The notes below the pieces were generated by a model. The model did no database searches. It saw only the letters and a program-made list of their open reading frames with translations, and was not told the DNA's origin. The position numbers and the translations under genes are program-made. Positions 20,296 through 27,092 of a DNA stretch of 47,686 nt are shown one piece after another (position 1 is the stretch's first letter; each line of letters starts with the position of its first letter). This DNA is from a bacterium (GTDB lineage: Bacteria > Zhuqueibacterota > Zhuqueibacteria > Oceanimicrobiales > Oceanimicrobiaceae), in contig JBBIIG010000015.1 in assembly GCA_037446635.1 (NCBI GenBank), positions 32,060 to 79,745 of the forward strand. Direction: 5' to 3'.

Positions 20296-23200
20296 ATGCT
20301 GACATGCTATCGTCTAAAGCAACTTTTGGGAGCTCTAATTGGGTTTCTTCTTTCGGCTTGGCTGGCAACGTCCACCTTGACCGCCGGCGGCCCGGCAAGC
20401 TTCACCAGCAGCGCCACGGTTGCCAACCCGGAAATGCAAAAGAAGCTCGAATTGGCAAAGGCATACGAAAGTTTTCTCAAGCAAGTAGGTGAGAAGGCGG
20501 CGGCGTATCGCCAGCATGAAATGTTTCAGCAGAAAATCCGCGACTATCCGGCCGGCGAAAAAATCTCGGCATTTTTAACGGCGTTGGATAAGCAGGAGAG
20601 CAAAGGCGTGGACGCTGCCGCGCTGCTGCGCTCTTTTTCGGAGAGAAAAAACGCAGCGACTATTAGCGGCTTGGTGGGCGGCATCACCGGCAGCGTGACC
20701 GTGGAGGGCGAAGTTTCTTTTGAAACGATGGATGTGCTCGCTTTCGATCGGTTTGGTTTTCCCGCCGGCGCGTCGCCGGTGTTTTCCGGCTCGTACGTCA
20801 TTTCGGGATTACTGCCCGGCGATTATTATGTGGTCACCCGCAGTCCGTTTGTAGACGAATTTTACGACAACGTGCCGCGTGATTTTGACCGCGGCTGGCG
20901 CAACGATAACGTCCAGCTAGTAACGGTTCCGGATGAGGGTTTTGCTGCCGATATCAATTTCGATCTCGATCGCGGCGCGTTGCTTTCCGGAACCATCTAC
21001 CGCGACGACGGCGCGACTCCCATCGGCGACGCCGCGGTGGATTTCGATCTCGTTGACGTCACCGATCCGGTGCAGAGATTTTCGATTTTTAGCGTGGCTG
21101 GAGAGGACGGCGTGTACGAAATCGTCGTTCCAGCCACGGGGCAATTTATTATTCGCGCCAGCGTGGAAAATTTCATCCCGCAATTTTTTGAAAACGCCGT
21201 GACTCGCGAGGAGGCCGATCCGGTTTTGATTGCGACTCTCGAAGACGAGATCACCGGCATCGATTTCCGGCTAACAGAAATCGGCGCGCCGCCGGTTGAC
21301 GAGGGCGGCAAAATTCGCGGCATGGTGCTTGGCACTGCAGAGGAACCGGCGCCGCTGGCGTTGGTGTTTGCATTCGACCTGGCGGATACGTCGGTGGCTG
21401 CACTTGCAATCGCCGGCGAGGACGGAACCTACGAAATTTCCGGTTTGCGCGAAGGGCATTCCTACGTTCTCTTTGCCAATCACATTTTAGAGTTCATCTT
21501 TCCGATATTGTCCCCCGGCGCGCCCGCGCCATCTTTCCGCGGTGAATACTATCAGGATGCCGAAGATCCGGCCAACGCGACCCCGTTTACTTTCACCGCA
21601 ACCGACACCCTTTTTGAAGGTATTAATTTCACCCTCGAACCCGGCGGCGACATTACTGGAACCATCACCAACACCAGCGGCGCGCCGCTGGATTCAGTGA
21701 TTGTGGTGGCCATCAAGACAACCATTTTGAACGGCATCGGCTGCCTGCTGCAGGGCGGCGGATTCTGCGCCGAGGACCTTGATTTGAGCATCGCCATTTC
21801 GGATACCAATGGCAACTATCTTCTTCCCGGTTTATCTACTGGAGATTATTATTTGCGCACCATCTCGCTGCTGAATCCCAACCTCGGCGAAATTTTAGGG
21901 GGCGGTAGTTTTATCGGCAAACACGCCGGCCAGGTCTTGGATGAGTACTATCAAAACGTTTACAGCATTTTCGATATTAATTCGGCCGAGAAAGTACGGG
22001 TCGAGGCGCCCGATCCCACCGGCGGCATTAATTTTGTGCTCGAGGCCGCGGGCGGAATCAGCGGTCAATTTGTAGAATCCTCTGATGGCACGCCGGTGCA
22101 GGGCGAGGGCATTGTCGTTGCCTTCAACGCCGAAACCGGCTTGCCCGAGCTGGCGTTCGATTTTGACGCCGAGCCCACTTCCTACTTGCTGCGGCCGCTG
22201 CCGCCAGGCAACTTCAAGCTGCTGGGAATCGTGAACAATCAGCCCATCGAGCTGCCGGCTAATTCAACCGAGAACAACGGCGTCATTTATGTGCCGCAAT
22301 TTTATGACGGCCAACCCACTTTCGAGTTGGCGAATGAGGTCAGCGTCACCCCGCCGGGAGAGACGCCGGGCATTGATTTTAAGATGGTTCGCGCTGGCGG
22401 CTTGTTGGGCGTGGTCAATCTTCCCAGCGGTAATCCCGTGGGGGCGGACTCGTTGTTTTCAACCAGCGTGGTGGCGTTCGAAGCCAGTACCGGTGTGACG
22501 GCCGGCGTCGCCGACGTTACTTTTGCCGGCGGCTACCAAATCGTGGGCGTGCCTCCCGGCGACTACAAAGTGGTGGCGCTGGTTGGCGCTCAGGGGTTTG
22601 CCGGCACCTATCACGGTGGCGCCAACTCGTTTGACGCGGCCGATATAGTTTCCGTCACAGCGGATGTGGTCAGTCGCGTTGATATTGATCTGAATGAGGG
22701 CTTCGGGGTCATTTCCGGAACCGTTCGCGATCTGAGCGACAATCCTTTGCCGGGCGTGCTGGTGCTGGCCTACGATCTCACCGGGCACGTGGTCTCCGTC
22801 GGGATTAGCGGCTTCGATATGCAAAGCGGACGGCCGCTGTCCTCTCCAGATGAGTATCGTATTCCCGGTTTGGCGGCCGGCGATTACTATGTGCGCACGT
22901 TCGCCCTCTTTCGGCTCCTGCAACAGTTGGAAGAGGGGGGATTGGGAGATCAATTGGGAAGCGATCCACTGGGTACGCTGTTGGGGTTGCTGCTTTCGGG
23001 CGGCGGCGATTTGGTGGATAATATTACAAGCAATTTGTTTGCAGATTTATGGTACGACGGCGTTCCTGTACCCCTCGCGCTCGGCCGCGATGATATCTTT
23101 AGCCTGCTGTTCAACCTGCTGCTCGGCAGCGGCGATATCCAGTTTGCGCTGCCGCTGTTTGATTTGCCGGCACAGGGGGCAGACCTTGTTTCGGTGAACA

Positions 23201-23577
23201 GTTCGGGCGAAACCGGCAACATCGATTTCAAGCTGCCGACGCTGCGCGACGTTCTCACCGACGTGAGCGAAGAGCCGGGCGGAATCATCCCCACCGCGTT
23301 TGAGCTGTCGCAAAACTATCCCAATCCCTTCAATCCCAGCACAACGATCCGTTTCAGTCTGCCGCAGAGCAGCGACATCCGGTTGGCGGTTTACAACATG
23401 CTGGGGCAGCGGGTTCGCATTTTGTTCGAGGGCAGAAAAGCGGCGGGCGTTTACTCCGCCATTTGGGATGGCGCCAACGAGCGCGGCGAGGTGGTGGCGG
23501 CGGGACTTTATTTCGTGAGATTAGAGTCGCCAGCTAACAACGTTGCGTTGACACGGAAGATAGTGTTTGTGAAGTAG
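20296..23577 (+). CDS. Large secreted protein with tandem carboxypeptidase-regulatory/Cna-B-like repeats and a T9SS-A/FlgD-Ig C-terminal tail
   Basis: AAGGAGG RBS, signal peptide, repeated G.ISG.V..G.Y.I.GL..G.Y..E(F/Y)Y..GI(D/N)F.L units, LSQNYPNPFNPST..YNMLGQRV..WDG..AGLYF tail. Confidence 0.88.
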   Translation: MLTCYRLKQLLGALIGFLLSAWLATSTLTAGGPASFTSSATVANPEMQKKLELAKAYESFLKQVGEKAAAYRQHEMFQQKIRDYPAGEKISAFLTALDKQESKGVDAAALLRSFSERKNAATISGLVGGITGSVTVEGEVSFETMDVLAFDRFGFPAGASPVFSGSYVISGLLPGDYYVVTRSPFVDEFYDNVPRDFDRGWRNDNVQLVTVPDEGFAADINFDLDRGALLSGTIYRDDGATPIGDAAVDFDLVDVTDPVQRFSIFSVAGEDGVYEIVVPATGQFIIRASVENFIPQFFENAVTREEADPVLIATLEDEITGIDFRLTEIGAPPVDEGGKIRGMVLGTAEEPAPLALVFAFDLADTSVAALAIAGEDGTYEISGLREGHSYVLFANHILEFIFPILSPGAPAPSFRGEYYQDAEDPANATPFTFTATDTLFEGINFTLEPGGDITGTITNTSGAPLDSVIVVAIKTTILNGIGCLLQGGGFCAEDLDLSIAISDTNGNYLLPGLSTGDYYLRTISLLNPNLGEILGGGSFIGKHAGQVLDEYYQNVYSIFDINSAEKVRVEAPDPTGGINFVLEAAGGISGQFVESSDGTPVQGEGIVVAFNAETGLPELAFDFDAEPTSYLLRPLPPGNFKLLGIVNNQPIELPANSTENNGVIYVPQFYDGQPTFELANEVSVTPPGETPGIDFKMVRAGGLLGVVNLPSGNPVGADSLFSTSVVAFEASTGVTAGVADVTFAGGYQIVGVPPGDYKVVALVGAQGFAGTYHGGANSFDAADIVSVTADVVSRVDIDLNEGFGVISGTVRDLSDNPLPGVLVLAYDLTGHVVSVGISGFDMQSGRPLSSPDEYRIPGLAAGDYYVRTFALFRLLQQLEEGGLGDQLGSDPLGTLLGLLLSGGGDLVDNITSNLFADLWYDGVPVPLALGRDDIFSLLFNLLLGSGDIQFALPLFDLPAQGADLVSVNSSGETGNIDFKLPTLRDVLTDVSEEPGGIIPTAFELSQNYPNPFNPSTTIRFSLPQSSDIRLAVYNMLGQRVRILFEGRKAAGVYSAIWDGANERGEVVAAGLYFVRLESPANNVALTRKIVFVK

Positions 23578-23588
23578 TGGTGTTTCAA

Positions 23589-23671
23589 GTGTAACGCACT
23601 TTCAAAGTGCGTCGCACATTTTCCCGGAATATGAACTCTGACGGGGTTCCGAACCCTGTCAGAGTTTTTTT
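23589..23671. terminator. Two hairpins between convergent genes (REP-like; second is a plausible terminator)
   Basis: ACGCACTTT-C-AAAGTGCGT and AACTCTGACGGGGTT-ccg-AACCCTGTCAGAGTT plus T-run. Confidence 0.7.
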
Positions 23672-23729
23672 ATTCGATCACAAAAAACAAACTTTCTCAA
23701 CCGTCTCTGAGGGAGGGTGATCGGAGGAA

Positions 23730-26700
23730 TCAGTGTCGGAATTTTGGAATGGGAAGTTGACGGGACTCCGCTTGAATTTCGAAAGTTTTTTCAGGAATCA
23801 ACAGCTTCTGTCCCGGGTGAATGAGATTCTCATCGTGCAATTGGTTGGCGATGAAGATGGTTCGCCACTGCCCCGGGTTGCGGTAGTATCTTTTGGCGAT
23901 GAGAGAAAGCGACTCGCCGGGTTCGACGACGTGGATGCGATGGCCGTTGGTCTCAGAAAGCCGGGGAGTGAAACCGGCGATGGCGTAAACCGAAGACACA
24001 TCGGAGTTGTTGTTTTTGTTGCTATCGAATTTTGAATTCAGATGCGCCGTGTTTTTCAACTCATAAACGTCGTTGGAGGAGGGGATGGAGTCCACCTTCG
24101 CTTTGAAATGGATGTCCAACTTTTCTCCGGCGGCCAGCATTGGAATTTGCCAGCGGATGACTTCCGCGGCATCGACGCCGCTTTCCGGCGTGTGGTTGAA
24201 GCTGCCGGCAAGGACGCTGACGTTGGAAGGCAAAACGTCAATCAGCGTAATGTCGTGCGCCGGATTGGGTCCGGAATTGCGGACGGTCAGAGTGTATGAG
24301 ATGATCGCCTGCTGGTACACCGCCGGGACGATCAGATTGGGATCGACGGGTGAGGTGCACGAAATCGGCTGGGTGAGGATGTTAATTTCGACGCGGCGGT
24401 TTTCTTCATGCACACGGCTGATGGGCCGCTGCTGGCCAAAGCCGACGTCGCAGATGCGCTCAGTCGCGATGCGATAATTGGCGACCAGATAGTTTTTGAC
24501 CGCCCGCGCGCGTCCTTCGGAAAGTACTTGATTTCTTTGTCGGCTTTGCGCGGGGGTGTGCCCGCGGAAGGGCTGCAGATCGGTGTGCCCTTCGATTTCA
24601 ATGAAGGTGGTTTGCAGGACGCCGCTTTGCAGCGCCCGACCCAGGATGTCGAGTTGCTGCAACGAGTTGATGGTCAGGGTGCTGTCATTCAGATTAAATT
24701 TCACCTTGGGCCGCAGTGGATCGACGTTGGCGGTTTTAGTCACTTGCAGGTCGTAGGCCACTCCTTTCACGACGATGGAGTCGGAGTTATTGATGGCCAG
24801 CACGTCGCACGGGGTAAAAATTTGGCTGACACTTTTTATTTCGGAGATGGCGGAATCCACAGTGGCGAGGTAGGTGATCTCACTAACTTGACCGGGCGGC
24901 AGCGCCGGGAATCGCCACGACACATATTCCTCCGCAACCGAATCCGGCGCTACGCTGAAGCTCGAAGCAGTCAGGGACAGGAAGTTAGGAATTTGATTGT
25001 GGAGATAGAAATTTTGCGCGACCGCCGCGCCGCGGTTTTCGATGCGCAAAGTGTAACTCACGGTGTCGCCGGCGGTGACATAATTGGGCGAAGCGAAAAT
25101 TTTGATGTCCAATTCCGGCAGCGCAATTGCCTGCATTTTCTGATTATTGGTTTTATCGCGCTCGCGAATGCGATTTTCTTCATCAATGTAAGCGATAATA
25201 AAATGCGCGCCGCCCTTTTCCCGGCGCCAGGGAACGAGGAGCGTTTGCTGCTCGCCGGGCAGCAGCTCTTCGATCCACTGCTGCGAAATGGGCCGGCGGG
25301 GAGCGCTAAACTCGAGCTCATCGGGGCTGCGCAAAGTTAACTGCCGGGTATCAATGGAGAGAGAATCGTAAACGTTGACGGCGAATTCGCGCGCCGCGCA
25401 TTTGCTGTGATTGCTGATGGTGAGGGCGATTTCTCCCTGGCAGCCGCTGTCGTTAATTTCATTTTGATTGAGATGAAAATCGATGCGCGTGATCAGCAGA
25501 TCGGGTTCGCTGGGAGCGGGCGCTTTGAAGCGGGCGATGCTTTTCGGGAAGGTTACGTGCCCATCGCTGTCTTCCACCATCACCGTCCAAAAGTAATTCC
25601 CTTCGTTGGCTGCAAAAAGTTTGTGGCTCATGCGGCGCTGTTTTTTATCAATGGAAAATTGCGCCGGATCGGTGATGATGGTCAGCGTCGGGTCGGCGGA
25701 ATTGCCAAGATCGAATTCCCGCGTTTGTACTTTTTCCATCACCTTTGCCAGCCCCAGGCTGTCTTCGCGCATCACAAAGAGGGCGTAATGGACGGCGTCG
25801 AACAGATCCGGATCCTCCGCCATCTCCCACGATAATTTGACGTTGCCATTGCCGGCGCAGGTCTCGAAGATCTCGCTGGCGAGTTCAAAATTCTCCGGCG
25901 CAATGGGATAATAATTGACGCCGCCGCGATAAGATGACGAGAAGAAATCGTTGTTTTCCAAAGTGGCCAAATCCACGCGCAGGGCATGGTTGCGCCCGGG
26001 CAAAACATTTTTGATTGGGGAGTGAAGGTCGTCAAGGCGGAAGCTTAAGCCCATGGAGAATTTGCTTAAAATATTGTTGCTAAAATTGTAGCCGCTGCGG
26101 AACGCCACCGTATAGCCCCAGCCCACCTCAGCGCCAAAACTGAAGCGGCCGTTTTCATCTTCCACTTTCTGGTAATCTCCGGAAAGCTGAAGCTGCAAGC
26201 CGCTGTGTTTCCCAAAATTGAGTGCCATGCCGGCGCGCAGGGTGGTGGGCAGCGGCGTGGCCTCGGAGACGAAAGCGAGGGATTGCCCTAAATGGGTTGC
26301 GGACACGCCGGCCGAGACGATCGCATAATCGAAAACAGCGGTTTTGAGTTTGAAGCGATTGGAGCGGAAAAGCAAACCGCCATCGAACACGAAGGAGCTG
26401 GCGGTGAAATGGGCCAGCCGGCTGCGCAGAAATTTGACGTTGCCGCCAGCCGAGAGGTTGCGCGACAGGAACGTCAACGGATTGCCGTAACTGAGGGTCA
26501 GCAGCAGGTCGTTAGCGGAGGCGGCGGATTCGAGGCCGCCGGTGCTTTCGAAATCGCGGATGCCCTGGTAATAAAGTCCGAACGCAATCTTCGAATCGCG
26601 GCTCCAGGGAGTGCGCCATTTGCGGCCGTAGGTGATGGAGAGGTTGTAGGCGTCGGCGAACCACTCGGTGTAATTGACTGCCCATTGCCATTCCCGCAAA

Positions 26701-27092
26701 TAGCCAGTGGCGGCGGGGTTGGCGTAAAGCGCGTGCATCTCGTCGATGCCGCCGGTGAGACTGGCCGCCAAACCCTGTTGACGAGCGCCGGGAAGAATTT
26801 TGAGAAAGGCCGCGCCGGAGCGCACCTGCGCCGATACTGATTCGGTGAGAAGGAGGGTGGCTATTATCGCGATAAGCGCTATCATGTGCCAGGTGAGACG
26901 TGAAAAGTGAGACGTGAGACGGAAATTATGAGACAGCAAGCTGAATGCCGCCGGATACCCTGCCGGCGCTGGCCCGCCTGCCTGTCCGCTTGGCGGATCC
27001 GCTTCGGCGGAAGGCTTCTGGCGGGCAGGCCGGCGATCCGCGTCGCGGAAAAGCTGACCGCTGAAAACTATTTTTGGGTCCCGAGTTTTCAT
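23730..27092 (-). CDS. PorV-like beta-barrel fused to Ig-like/CARDB/DUF11 domains, OmpA-like peptidoglycan-binding domain and LysM
   Basis: GAAFLKILPGARQQGLA..LYANPAA; PDLLIT..IDEENRIRERDKTNN; GDTVSYTLRIENRG; IEIEGHTD..NQVLSEGRARAVKNYL..GFGQQRP..NRRVEI; HVVEPGESLSLIAKRYY..W..I..AN..IHPGQKLLIP. Start at 27092 (ATGA overlap) or 26885. Confidence 0.88.
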   Translation of the reverse strand: MKTRDPKIVFSGQLFRDADRRPARQKPSAEADPPSGQAGGPAPAGYPAAFSLLSHNFRLTSHFSRLTWHMIALIAIIATLLLTESVSAQVRSGAAFLKILPGARQQGLAASLTGGIDEMHALYANPAATGYLREWQWAVNYTEWFADAYNLSITYGRKWRTPWSRDSKIAFGLYYQGIRDFESTGGLESAASANDLLLTLSYGNPLTFLSRNLSAGGNVKFLRSRLAHFTASSFVFDGGLLFRSNRFKLKTAVFDYAIVSAGVSATHLGQSLAFVSEATPLPTTLRAGMALNFGKHSGLQLQLSGDYQKVEDENGRFSFGAEVGWGYTVAFRSGYNFSNNILSKFSMGLSFRLDDLHSPIKNVLPGRNHALRVDLATLENNDFFSSSYRGGVNYYPIAPENFELASEIFETCAGNGNVKLSWEMAEDPDLFDAVHYALFVMREDSLGLAKVMEKVQTREFDLGNSADPTLTIITDPAQFSIDKKQRRMSHKLFAANEGNYFWTVMVEDSDGHVTFPKSIARFKAPAPSEPDLLITRIDFHLNQNEINDSGCQGEIALTISNHSKCAAREFAVNVYDSLSIDTRQLTLRSPDELEFSAPRRPISQQWIEELLPGEQQTLLVPWRREKGGAHFIIAYIDEENRIRERDKTNNQKMQAIALPELDIKIFASPNYVTAGDTVSYTLRIENRGAAVAQNFYLHNQIPNFLSLTASSFSVAPDSVAEEYVSWRFPALPPGQVSEITYLATVDSAISEIKSVSQIFTPCDVLAINNSDSIVVKGVAYDLQVTKTANVDPLRPKVKFNLNDSTLTINSLQQLDILGRALQSGVLQTTFIEIEGHTDLQPFRGHTPAQSRQRNQVLSEGRARAVKNYLVANYRIATERICDVGFGQQRPISRVHEENRRVEINILTQPISCTSPVDPNLIVPAVYQQAIISYTLTVRNSGPNPAHDITLIDVLPSNVSVLAGSFNHTPESGVDAAEVIRWQIPMLAAGEKLDIHFKAKVDSIPSSNDVYELKNTAHLNSKFDSNKNNNSDVSSVYAIAGFTPRLSETNGHRIHVVEPGESLSLIAKRYYRNPGQWRTIFIANQLHDENLIHPGQKLLIPEKTFEIQAESRQLPIPKFRH
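26893..27030. repeat. 7-mer array (GTGAGAC) plus miniature palindromic element within the 5' region of the barrel-fusion ORF
   Basis: gtgagac gtgaaaa gtgagac gtgagac ggaaatt atgagac; cccgcctgcctgtccgcttggcggatccgcttcggcgga..ggcaggc. Confidence 0.7.
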
